42,036 nt of DNA from Deltaproteobacteria bacterium (GTDB taxonomy: Bacteria; Desulfobacterota; GWC2-55-46). The stretch's first letter is position 1, and each line of letters starts with the position of its first letter. Shown one piece after another: positions 11,404 to 19,940 of this stretch. Location: positions 1 through 42,036 of the forward strand of contig JACRLF010000008.1 in NCBI GenBank assembly GCA_016235365.1, read 5' to 3'. The position numbers and the translations under genes are program-made. The notes beneath the pieces were generated by a model. The model saw only the letters and a program-made list of their open reading frames with translations. It had not been told where the DNA came from and did no database searches.

Positions 11404-12654
11404 GTGTTTGACATGATAACGGTCGAAGAAGCGATAGAAACCATACTCAAGGAGATACGCCCCCTGAGAGTCGAGAGCGCCGATATCATCGGCGCCCTCG
11501 GCAGGGTGCTTGGCGAGGACATACGCGCCTTGAGGCCGAACCCGCCGTGGGACAACTCCGCCATGGCCGGCTACGCCATCGTCTCTGAGGACACTCTGGG
11601 CGCAACGGACGCAAACCCGGTCAGCCTCAAGGTCATCTACGACCTGCCGGCCGGCTCCACGCCGCAGGGGCCTGTTGTGAAGGGCACGGCCGTAAGGATA
11701 ATGACAGGGGCCCCCATGCCCGATGGGGCCACCGCCGTCATAATGGTGGAGAAGACCGCACAGGGGGCCGACGGCTCGGTAATCATACGCTCGGAGGTGA
11801 AGGCCGGGGAGAACGTAAGAAGGCGCGGGGAGGATTTCAACGCCGGGGACACGGTAATCAGAAAAGGCTCCGCAGTAAGGCCGGCCGAGGTGTCCATGCT
11901 CGCCACCGTCGGCGTCCCTTTCGTACCCGTCTACAAAAGGCCGCGGGTGGCGGTGCTATCCACCGGGGACGAGCTCTGCGAGATAGAAGAGACCCCGGCA
12001 CCGGGCAAGATAACCAACAGCAACGGGTACGCGCTGGCCGCGCTGGCCGCCGAATGCGGGGCCGAGGCCGTGCAACTGGGCATAGCGCGGGACAACAGGG
12101 AGAGCCTGCGCGAGAAGCTCGCCATAGCCATGAAGTACGACTGCATAATATCCTCAGGCGGGGTCTCCGTGGGGGACTACGACTTTGTCAAGGACGTGCT
12201 GAGGGAGATGGGCTCGGAGATGATATTCTGGAAGGTGGCGATGAAGCCGGGCAAGCCCCTTGCCTTCGGCGTCATTGGCGGCAAACCGGCGTTCGGCCTC
12301 CCCGGCAACCCCATCTCGTCGATGGTGGCCTTCGAGCAGTTCGTAAGGCCCGCGCTCCTCAAGATGTCCGGGAGGACTGACATCTTCCGGGGGACCATCA
12401 CCGCAACCCTCACCGGTGACGTGAAGATAAAGCCCGGCAGGATGAACTTCATACGCGCGGAGCTTAAGAGGGACAAGGGCGGCTTCCATGTGGCGCCCCT
12501 TGAGGGACAGGGCTCGGGCATGATCTCGACGATGGTCAGGGCCAATTCCTATATAGTCGTGCCGAAGGACTCCGCAGGGTTCAAGAAGGACTCTACCGTA
12601 AAGGTCCAGCCGTTCGACCCGTCCGTGCTCATGGAAAAGGAGCCGGGCTACTGA
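11404..12654 (+). CDS. moeA: Molybdopterin molybdotransferase
   Basis: PPWDNSAMAGYA, RIMTGAPMP, STGDEL, SGGVSVGDYD, MKPGKP, GLPGNP. Confidence 0.95.
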   Translation: MFDMITVEEAIETILKEIRPLRVESADIIGALGRVLGEDIRALRPNPPWDNSAMAGYAIVSEDTLGATDANPVSLKVIYDLPAGSTPQGPVVKGTAVRIMTGAPMPDGATAVIMVEKTAQGADGSVIIRSEVKAGENVRRRGEDFNAGDTVIRKGSAVRPAEVSMLATVGVPFVPVYKRPRVAVLSTGDELCEIEETPAPGKITNSNGYALAALAAECGAEAVQLGIARDNRESLREKLAIAMKYDCIISSGGVSVGDYDFVKDVLREMGSEMIFWKVAMKPGKPLAFGVIGGKPAFGLPGNPISSMVAFEQFVRPALLKMSGRTDIFRGTITATLTGDVKIKPGRMNFIRAELKRDKGGFHVAPLEGQGSGMISTMVRANSYIVVPKDSAGFKKDSTVKVQPFDPSVLMEKEPGY

Positions 12655-12714
12655 GGGGCTTCACGGCGTGCTTTACAATATTTATAAATTTATATACGAA
12701 CGAGGTTCAAGGAC

Positions 12715-13749
12715 ATGTTCAAAACCGTTGAGTGGAAAAACAACAGGGTCGTGATGATAGACCAGAGGCTCCTGCCTGAAAAAGAAATATACAGGAGCTA
12801 CGCCAGGTATGAGGACGTAGCCGGCGCGATAAAGGATATGGTGGTGCGCGGCGCCCCGGCCATAGGCGTGGCGGCGGCCATGGGCGCGGCCCTCGGCGCC
12901 TCCGCCGTGAAGGCGAAAGACCTCAAGGGCTTCAAAAAGGAATTCGCCAGGATTGCGAAAACGCTCGCCTCCACAAGGCCCACGGCAATAAACCTCTTCT
13001 GGGCCATAGAGAGGATGAAGGGGGTCGTCGAGGAGAACGGGGATTTAAGCGTTGAGCGGCTCAAGAAAAGGCTCGTCGACGAGGCCAGGACGATACACAG
13101 AGAGGATATCGAGATAAACAGGCTCATGGGAAGGCACGGGGGCAGGCTCTTGAAGGACGGCTCCACGGTGCTTACCCACTGCAACGCCGGGGCGCTCGCC
13201 ACGGCCGGGTACGGCACGGCGCTCGGGGTCATACGCGGGGCCATAGAGGCCGGCAAGAGGATAAGTGTGTTCGCGGACGAGACGCGTCCGTTCCTTCAGG
13301 GCGCGAGACTCACGGCCTGGGAGCTGAAGAAGGACAAGATAGACGTCACGCTCATAACCGACAACATGGCCGGGTACATGATGAAAAAAGGGCTCATCGA
13401 CGCCGTGGTGGTCGGGGCCGACAGGATAGCCTCGAACGGGGACACGGCCAACAAGATAGGGACGTATTCGGTGGCGATCCTCGCCAGAGTGCACTCCATA
13501 CCCTTTTACGTCGCCGCGCCGCTATCCACCATAGACATGAAGATAAAGGACGGCGACGGGATCCCCATAGAGGAGCGCGACACGAGGGAAGTGACGCACA
13601 TGAAGGGCCGCATGATAGCCCCGAAGGGGGTAAAGGTACGGAACCCTGCGTTCGACGTCACGCCGAACAGGCTCGTGTCGGCCATAATAACCGAAAAGGG
13701 CGTCGTAAAGCCGCCGTACAGAAGGGCGTTGACAAGGCTCTTTGCCTGA
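12715..13749 (+). CDS. mtnA: Methylthioribose-1-phosphate isomerase
   Basis: [54 protein letters not shown]. Confidence 0.97.
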   Translation: MFKTVEWKNNRVVMIDQRLLPEKEIYRSYARYEDVAGAIKDMVVRGAPAIGVAAAMGAALGASAVKAKDLKGFKKEFARIAKTLASTRPTAINLFWAIERMKGVVEENGDLSVERLKKRLVDEARTIHREDIEINRLMGRHGGRLLKDGSTVLTHCNAGALATAGYGTALGVIRGAIEAGKRISVFADETRPFLQGARLTAWELKKDKIDVTLITDNMAGYMMKKGLIDAVVVGADRIASNGDTANKIGTYSVAILARVHSIPFYVAAPLSTIDMKIKDGDGIPIEERDTREVTHMKGRMIAPKGVKVRNPAFDVTPNRLVSAIITEKGVVKPPYRRALTRLFA

Positions 13750-13830
13750 GGGGGGAAACGGGGCGGGTGAGAGGGTTGCGGCTTTGCGGGTGGGGGGAAC
13801 GCACGCTACTGCTCTGACGGTCGTAGGAGT

Positions 13831-13859
13831 GATGGGCTTCGCTGCGCTCAACCCATCCT
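13831..13859 (-). repeat. GTAG-REP copy split by the IS110 insertion (remainder at 15048 onward)
   Basis: GATGGGCTTCGCTGCGCTCAACCCATCCT joined to ACCG after the IS reconstitutes the REP seen at 31299-31331. Confidence 0.85.
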
Positions 13860-13899
13860 TGTATATTAGAGACAGTTGATTTTAAGGCCGCTACTTGGT

Positions 13900-14070
13900 A
13901 AAAGTTACCCAGGGACGCCAGGGTAATACGGGGAAGATGAACCTGTGCCCATCCTTTGGCCTATGAGCCTGTTTCGTAGATTAGGTCTCTTCCCCTACGC
14001 TTTGTTCCAAAGATCGAACGGTATCTTAAGCCTCCCTTCGGGATGAGCTTGTATTCGCAAGGTTGATCTG
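13900..14070 (+). ncRNA. Bridge RNA of the IS110 element (boundaries approximate)
   Basis: 5' hairpin TTACCC..GGGTAA. Target-binding loop closed by GGGGAAGA/TCTTCCCC, with guides GCCCATCCT and TCGTAG. Donor-binding loop closed by AGATC/GATCT, with guides ACGGTATCT and GCAAG. Confidence 0.85.
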
Positions 14071-14115
14071 AACGAAGTGGCTACCGGTGGCGCTATCCCT
14101 CACAAGGAGGCTCCT

Positions 14116-15030
14116 ATGGCTGATTCAGTCCTCGGCATCGACATCGGCAAACGGAAGTTCGAAGTTCATCTGCTCGTAAACGGCAAGGCCAAATCCAAGT
14201 CAGTCAGCAACAGCAAAGAAGGCTTTCTTATTCTTTCCCTGTGGCTCAATAAGCACAACGCCGGCCTTGTGCATGCCTGTATGGAAGCCACAGGCAATTA
14301 CGGCGACGATCTCGCTCTCTATCTCTACGACGCCGGACACACCGTCAGCATCGTAAACCCTGCCCGCATAAAGGGCTTTGCCCAGAGCGAGCTGACCCGC
14401 ACAAAGAACGACACGGTCGACGCAGGCATAATAGCCCGTTTCTGTCTTGCCATGAAGCCGGAGCCGTGGACGCCGCCTGCGCCTGCCGTACGGCGTCTCC
14501 AGGCTATCGCAAGGCGTCTGGACGCCCTCATCGCCATGCGCACACAGGAGTTAAACCGCCTGGGAGTTGCCCACTCGCTCGTGGAGCCTTCCATCAAGCA
14601 CGGTAGGATGGGTTGAGCGAAGCGAAGCCCATCAAGCGGAGCGTAACCCAACTACCCTTCCGGCAAATCGTTGGGTTTAAAAACGCAACCCAACCTCAAT
14701 CGCCTATATCACCCCCCCTCATGCCAAAAGCCCCTCCTTGCCTTCATGGGCCTTGCGCCTAAGGACACTCTTTCAGGCACCTCCGTAAAAGGCAAGCCCA
14801 GGCTCTGCAAAATAGGCAACGCAAGGCTCAGAAAGTGTTTCTACATGCCAGCCATGGTCGCCATAAGGTTCACTCCTGTCGTTGCAGAGTTTCACCGCCG
14901 CCTCAAGGAGAACGGTAAAAACGGCAAGGTCATCGTATGCGCCGCGATGAGAAAACTCGTTCATATAATCTACGGCGTATTAAAAACCGGCAAGCCCTTC
15001 AATCCGCATTACGCACAAAATATCGCTTGA
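14116..15030 (+). pseudogene. IS110 recombinase/transposase disrupted by a 141-bp replacement
   Basis: AAGGAGG RBS; GIDIGK, MEATG and KNDTVDA (DEDD); C-terminal GLAP...SGTSVKG and AAMRKL. In-frame stops lie within 14597-14737. Confidence 0.88.
14597..14737 (+). repeat. 141-bp exact copy of 15938-16078 (REP, degenerate REPs and NUDIX 3' end)
   Basis: Base-by-base identical on inspection. Confidence 0.9.
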
Positions 15031-15066
15031 CGGGCAAAACGGTATCTACCGGGCTACCGGGCTGGC

Positions 15067-15381
15067 GGGTTCAGGTTTGCAACCACTGCTGTCCAAGATA
15101 GGATTTTTGAAGACTGAATTTGGACAGCATTTTGAAAATCTCCCCTAACCCCTCTTTTCCTAAGAGGGGAATTAACGATATTTTCCCCCTTTGTAAAGGG
15201 GGATTAATTAAGGGGGATTTCTTCGTTACAGTATTTGTTCCGGCAATTTGGACAGCATATTTCTATAACGATAACCTCGTTTTTCGGTATTTCGAGGTTA
15301 TCAATAAAATCAATATGTTAACCTGTCCGAAAAGGCAGTTTTATAATTGTCTTGGACAGCAATGATTTGCAACCTGAACCC
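15067..15381. mobile_element. 315-bp non-coding element with ~31-bp imperfect terminal inverted repeats
   Basis: GGGTTCAGGTTTGCAACCACTGCTGTCCAAGA ... TCTTGGACAGCAATGATTTGCAACCTGAACCC, with internal TTTGGACAGCA repeats and a CCCCCTTTGTAAAGGGGG palindrome cluster. Confidence 0.7.
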
Positions 15382-15513
15382 TGAATTTCGTATGGCAGCC
15401 ACGAATCATTCGGGTTCAATCTGGAAGATTGAACATGCCAAGAGCGGTAGCATTCGCTATATCAAAGGCGTGTTATACGGATCAATCTAATCAATGTTAG
15501 CCTGCACAAAACC

Positions 15514-15858
15514 ATGACCACGCGCATCAATTACAGAAAGCTTGCGTTCGACAAATACCCCCCGATCTGCGCTTACTGTGGATTCGGAGTCCCAGAAGTT
15601 CTGGAGGTGGCTCACCTTGATGGTAATCGAGGGAATAATGCCGTGGAAAATATAGCCATCCTCTGTCCCAATTGCCACAAGATGCATGATATCGATTTAA
15701 TCCCAACGGAAACGATTGTGCTCATGAGGGATCGAGAAAAACGTGTTGCCTGGAGCAAACGCATGAAAGATGCTGGTGCAAAGGCAGCAGCTACTCGAAA
15801 ACGCAAACAGGCCGCAAGAAAGGCAGTAGAAACAAGGAAGCGAAATGCAGCAGGCTAA
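15514..15858 (+). CDS. Small HNH endonuclease with basic tail, in an integron-cassette configuration
   Basis: CAYC...AHLDGNRGNN..EN...LCPNCHKMHD; lower GC than the host; bounded by GTTAGCC and GGCTAAC. Confidence 0.85.
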   Translation: MTTRINYRKLAFDKYPPICAYCGFGVPEVLEVAHLDGNRGNNAVENIAILCPNCHKMHDIDLIPTETIVLMRDREKRVAWSKRMKDAGAKAAATRKRKQAARKAVETRKRNAAG

Positions 15859-15925
15859 CAAATCGCTCAACCTGGACGAGCAAAAACGGCGCTTCGCTCT
15901 GCTTCTGGCGGATTCAGGGCCATAG
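15853..15925 (+). other. Truncated attC-like site
   Basis: R'' GGCTAAC overlaps the HNH stop and is the reverse complement of GTTAGCC at 15496-15502; followed by AAATCGCTCAACCTGGAC; no distal GTTRRRY found. Confidence 0.6.
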
Positions 15926-15929
15926 GATG

Positions 15930-16106
15930 AGCACGGTAGCACGGTAGGATGGGTTGAGCGAAGCGAAGCCCATCAAGCGGAGCGTAACCCAACTACCCTT
16001 CCGGCAAATCGTTGGGTTTAAAAACGCAACCCAACCTCAATCGCCTATATCACCCCCCCTCATGCCAAAAGCCCCTCCCACCCCCCCTCATGCCAAAAGC
16101 CCCTCC
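15930..16106 (+). repeat. REP cluster with tandem AGCACGGT x2 and a 28-bp tandem duplication of the NUDIX 3' end
   Basis: GTAGGATGGGTTGAGCGAAGCGAAGCCCATC; 16051-16078 is identical to 16079-16106. Confidence 0.85.
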
Positions 16107-16492
16107 AGATCCTCCATCGCCTCCGCCATATTGGGCACGAGGCAGCCCTCCGCCTTAAGCCTCCTCAACTCATCCATCCCGTACCACCCGAACGAAGGTA
16201 TCTTCTCCGGCTCCATCACCCTCGGCTCACCCTCCACTATCCCGCAGACGTACATGCGGACAAAGAACTCCCCCTCGGGCGAATGGGTGGGGTAGACGCC
16301 GAGGAGCCTCATGGGCTCGGCCCTTATCCCGAGCTCCTCTTCCATCTCCCTTGCAAGCGCCTCTGAGTCCGTCTCCCCGGCGTGAATCTTGCCCCCCGGA
16401 GGCTCGACCCTCTTATGCCCGTGCTTCAGGTTGTGGACGAGCAGTACCCTGCCCTCTCTTATGACAAGCCCGGCCACAAGCTCTCTTTTCAT
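16088..16492 (-). CDS. NUDIX hydrolase (MutT-like)
   Basis: Nudix box PGGKIHAGETDSEALAREMEEELG. Confidence 0.92.
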   Translation of the reverse strand: MKRELVAGLVIREGRVLLVHNLKHGHKRVEPPGGKIHAGETDSEALAREMEEELGIRAEPMRLLGVYPTHSPEGEFFVRMYVCGIVEGEPRVMEPEKIPSFGWYGMDELRRLKAEGCLVPNMAEAMEDLEGLLA

Positions 16493-16537
16493 AACCCCGA
16501 TTATTCTTCAACACGCTACGAAGGTCAAGGGTTAATA

Positions 16538-16583
16538 TTGCCTTTTCTCCCCAATGCGTGCTATCATGCCTAATAATTAGGCA
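16538..16583 (+). promoter_or_regulatory. ntrBC sigma70 promoter with an overlapping NtrC-type palindrome
   Basis: TTGCCT-N18-(TGn)TATCAT; 17-bp palindrome TGCCTAATAATTAGGCA at 16567-16583. Confidence 0.55.
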
Positions 16584-16623
16584 ACCCTGAACATATTCCC
16601 ATAGCGCATCCGGGCCAATAGAA

Positions 16624-17706
16624 ATGCTCTCTATCGAAGACATATTAGAGAACCTCGCCGAGGGCGTGGTCGCCATAGACCTCGACATGGACGTGAGGGT
16701 ATTCAACCAGTCGGCTGAGAAGATCACCGAGACGTCGAGGTCCGTTGCCATAGGCAGGCCGCTAAAGGACCTCTTCAGGTCCGACCTCAGGGTGGTCGAG
16801 ATACTGGAGAAGACCCTTAAAGAGGGGCGGCTCTTTGCCGAGTATGAGGTGAAGCTCCACAGGAAGTTCTCCGGCGAGGTCCCGGTGGTGATAACGACGA
16901 GCCAGGTCTTCGATGTTGAGGGCGTTCTCAGCGGGGCCGCGGCCCTCATAAAGGACCTCTCCGGCATTAAATCGATAGAGGAGGGGTCTTTGCGCAAGGA
17001 ACGGCTCGCCTACATCGGCGCCTTCGCCTCGAACCTCGCCCATGAGATAAAGAACCCGCTCACCGGCATAAGGGGGGCCGCCCAGCTCCTCACGAGAAGG
17101 GTCAAGGACAGCGGCCTCAAGGAATATACCTCCGTCATAATGAGCGAGGCGGACAGGCTCAACGCCATACTGAACGACCTCCTTGACTTCGCCAGGCCCG
17201 CCGCACTCAACAGAAAGAGCGTCAACATACACATGGTGCTCGATTCGGTGATACTGCTCCTTCAAGAAGGCGCGGAGGATGGGGGCCCTGCGCCGCGCTT
17301 CATAAAGGAGTACGACCCGAGCCTCCCGCCGGTATACGGGGACGGGCACCAGCTCACGCAGGTCTTCCTGAACCTCATCAAGAACGCGCAGGAGGCCCTG
17401 AGCGAGGGCGGAGACGTCCAGGTATTGACGAGGATGATAACGGAATTCCACCTCGTGGAGGCGGGCTCTACCGGGGGCAAGATGGCGGCCGTAGAGATAA
17501 GGGACAACGGGTGCGGCATCAAGGGCGAAGACCTCGAGAATATCTTTACGCCCTTTTTCACGACAAAGCCGAAGGGCAGCGGGCTCGGCATGGCCATTTC
17601 ATTGAAGATAGTCAAGGAGCACGGCGGGCTCCTGAAGATAGACTCTGCCCCCGGCAAGGGGACTGCCGTGGCGGTATATCTGCCCATAGCGGAGAAGGAA
17701 GGTTAG
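16624..17706 (+). CDS. ntrB: PAS-domain nitrogen-regulation histidine kinase (NtrB/GlnL-like)
   Basis: H-box LAHEIKNPLTGIRGAAQLL, EYDPSLP, and N/G/F boxes. Confidence 0.9.
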   Translation: MLSIEDILENLAEGVVAIDLDMDVRVFNQSAEKITETSRSVAIGRPLKDLFRSDLRVVEILEKTLKEGRLFAEYEVKLHRKFSGEVPVVITTSQVFDVEGVLSGAAALIKDLSGIKSIEEGSLRKERLAYIGAFASNLAHEIKNPLTGIRGAAQLLTRRVKDSGLKEYTSVIMSEADRLNAILNDLLDFARPAALNRKSVNIHMVLDSVILLLQEGAEDGGPAPRFIKEYDPSLPPVYGDGHQLTQVFLNLIKNAQEALSEGGDVQVLTRMITEFHLVEAGSTGGKMAAVEIRDNGCGIKGEDLENIFTPFFTTKPKGSGLGMAISLKIVKEHGGLLKIDSAPGKGTAVAVYLPIAEKEG

Positions 17707-17707
17707 A

Positions 17708-19132
17708 GTGGAGAGGATAAAGGCCCTCATAGCGGACGACGACGAAAGCATACTCTGGGTGCTTGAGAAGTTCCTCCAGGAAAAGTCCATCGAGGTCGTC
17801 AAGGCACGGGACGGGATCGAGGCGCGCAGGCTCCTTCATGAGCCGGGGCTCTCCATCGCCATAATTGACATAAACATGCCCGGTGCCGGCGGGCTCGAAG
17901 TATTGAAGGACGCCGGGGAGTCCGGCTCCCGGGCCGCCATAATCATAATGACGGCCGAGGGGACGATGAAGAACACGCTCGAGGCGATGAAGCTCGGGGC
18001 CTTCGATTACGCGACAAAGCCATTCGACCTGGGCGAGCTCGAGGTGATGGTGGACAGGGCGGTCGAGCACGTGAGGATGAAGACCAGGCTCACAAACCTC
18101 TCCGACAGGCTCAAGGAGAGGCTCGCCGGAGAGACCGTCTTCGTGGGCAAGAGCAAGGCCGTCCAGGACGTATTCAAGACCGTGGGCAAGGTGGCCCACC
18201 GCGACGTCACGGTGCTCATACTCGGGGAGAGCGGCACCGGCAAGGAGCTTATGGCCAGGCTCATCCACATGAACAGCCCCATGGGCGAGGGGCCGTTCGT
18301 CGCCGTGAACTCGGCCGCGGTGCCGAGAGAGCTCATGGAAAGCGAGATATTCGGGTTTGAGAAGGGCGCCTTCACCGGGGCGGTAGAGGGCAAGAAGGGC
18401 AAGTTCGAGCTCGCCGACGGCGGGACCCTCCTGCTTGACGAGATAGGGGACATGAACGTGGACCTGCAGGCGCGGCTCCTGCGGGCCATACAGGAAAAGG
18501 AGTTCTACAGGGTGGGCGGCAAGGAGCCCGTGAAGGTCGACGCGCGGATCATAGCCGCGACAAACCAGGACCTCGAACGGGCGGTGCATGAGAAGAGGTT
18601 CAGGGAAGACCTCCTCTACAGGCTCAACGGCGTCACGCTCAAGCTCCCCCCGCTCCGGGAGCGCAAGGGCGACGTCCCGATACTCGCCGAGTACTTCCTC
18701 GACAGGTTCGCCCGCGAGTTCGGCGGCGAGAGGAAGACCCTCTCGGAGAAGGCGATTGAGGCCCTGGAGAACTACCGCTGGCCCGGCAACGTGAGGGAGC
18801 TTGAGAACGTATTGAGAAGGGCCGTGCTCCTGTGCCCATCCCTCAAGCTGTCGCTCTCGGACTTGAACCTTCCCGCGTCGCGCCAGCAGAGGGACTCGCT
18901 CGAGGAGATAATCTCGGCCAAGCTAAAGCCTTTCATAGAGAGGACAGACCACAGGAGCAAGCAGGAGCTCTATTCCTTCATGATGCCCTTCATGGAGAGG
19001 CCCCTTATAAAGCTCGTCCTCGAAAAGACGCGCGGCAACCAGGTGCAGGCCGCCGAGGTGCTCGGCATAAACAGGAATACGCTCAGGAAGAAGATGAAGG
19101 ACCTCAATATAAAGATAATGGATATAAAATAG
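17708..19132 (+). CDS. ntrC: sigma54 response regulator (NtrC/GlnG-like)
   Basis: Receiver domain, GESGTGKE, GAFTGA, WPGNVREL, Fis-type HTH GINRNTLRKK. Confidence 0.92.
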   Translation: MERIKALIADDDESILWVLEKFLQEKSIEVVKARDGIEARRLLHEPGLSIAIIDINMPGAGGLEVLKDAGESGSRAAIIIMTAEGTMKNTLEAMKLGAFDYATKPFDLGELEVMVDRAVEHVRMKTRLTNLSDRLKERLAGETVFVGKSKAVQDVFKTVGKVAHRDVTVLILGESGTGKELMARLIHMNSPMGEGPFVAVNSAAVPRELMESEIFGFEKGAFTGAVEGKKGKFELADGGTLLLDEIGDMNVDLQARLLRAIQEKEFYRVGGKEPVKVDARIIAATNQDLERAVHEKRFREDLLYRLNGVTLKLPPLRERKGDVPILAEYFLDRFAREFGGERKTLSEKAIEALENYRWPGNVRELENVLRRAVLLCPSLKLSLSDLNLPASRQQRDSLEEIISAKLKPFIERTDHRSKQELYSFMMPFMERPLIKLVLEKTRGNQVQAAEVLGINRNTLRKKMKDLNIKIMDIK

Positions 19133-19136
19133 ACCG

Positions 19137-19799
19137 ATGGGAAAGGACGCCATAAAGATACGCGGCCTCTACGCGTTCATAGACGCCGCATACGTCGGCA
19201 TGGACGGCGTTGAGGAAGCCGTTACGGGTCTCGTAAGCGGCGGGGCGCGCATAGTGCAGCTCCGCGCAAAAGATGCGGCGCCGAGGGATATCCTCATTGC
19301 CGCGCGGGTCATAAGGGAGGCTGCCACAAGGTCCGGGGCGCTATTCATAGTGAACGACAGGGCCGATATCGCCATGATAGCCGGGGCCGACGGCGTGCAC
19401 CTCGGCCAGGACGACCTGCCCGTGGCGGAAGCCCGCAGTCTCCTTGGTCCGGACAGGATAATAGGGCTCTCCACCCACGACGTGAAAGAGGCGGTAGAGG
19501 CCGAGGCGCTCGGCGCGGACTATATCTCCCTCGGCCCGATATTCCCGACAAGGACGAAGAAAGACGCTCAAGCGCCGAGGGGCCTGCCGCTTCTCTCGGA
19601 GGTAAGGTCCGCGGTCCGATTGCCGATAGTCGCCATCGGGGGGATAACGCGGGAGAACATGGAGGAAGTATTCAAGGCAGGGGCGGACTCCGTGGCGATC
19701 ATATCCGGGATACTGATGGAGCAGGATATCAAGGCCAGGGTCGCCTCCATAGTCTCCATTATTGAGCGGCCCGGCGCCTATCAATCTCCCCCTTGGTAA
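19137..19799 (+). CDS. thiE: Thiamine-phosphate synthase
   Basis: VQLRAK, FIVNDR, DGVHLGQDD, IGLSTH, AIGGI. Confidence 0.95.
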   Translation: MGKDAIKIRGLYAFIDAAYVGMDGVEEAVTGLVSGGARIVQLRAKDAAPRDILIAARVIREAATRSGALFIVNDRADIAMIAGADGVHLGQDDLPVAEARSLLGPDRIIGLSTHDVKEAVEAEALGADYISLGPIFPTRTKKDAQAPRGLPLLSEVRSAVRLPIVAIGGITRENMEEVFKAGADSVAIISGILMEQDIKARVASIVSIIERPGAYQSPPW

Positions 19800-19870
19800 A
19801 GGGGGAACAAGGGGGATTATAAATGCGTCTCTTCAATCCCCCCGCACCCCCCCTTTTACAAAGGGGGGGA
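19784..19870. repeat. C-run/G-run palindromic repeat cluster, same family as 15137-15220
   Basis: TCCCCCTTGGTAAAGGGGGA and CCCCCCTTTTACAAAGGGGGG between the convergent thiE and nirB genes. Confidence 0.65.
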
Positions 19871-19940
19871 CCGAAAGATCAAACTCGCACTGGAAGTTTT
19901 CGTCTGGAAGGCGAGGGATTCCATATCCCATTGTGAGACA

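Larger units (their letters stand above)
13858..15047 (+). mobile_element. IS110-family (IS621-like) insertion sequence inserted in a REP
   Basis: CT core at both junctions (13858-59, 15046-47), long non-coding left end, DEDD recombinase gene, short right end; rejoined donor ACGGTAT-CT-TGTA. Confidence 0.9.

Noticed and set aside
15120-15365. 81-aa ORF inside the 315-bp element
   Set aside because: Made of palindromic repeat sequence, with no RBS or recognisable motif.
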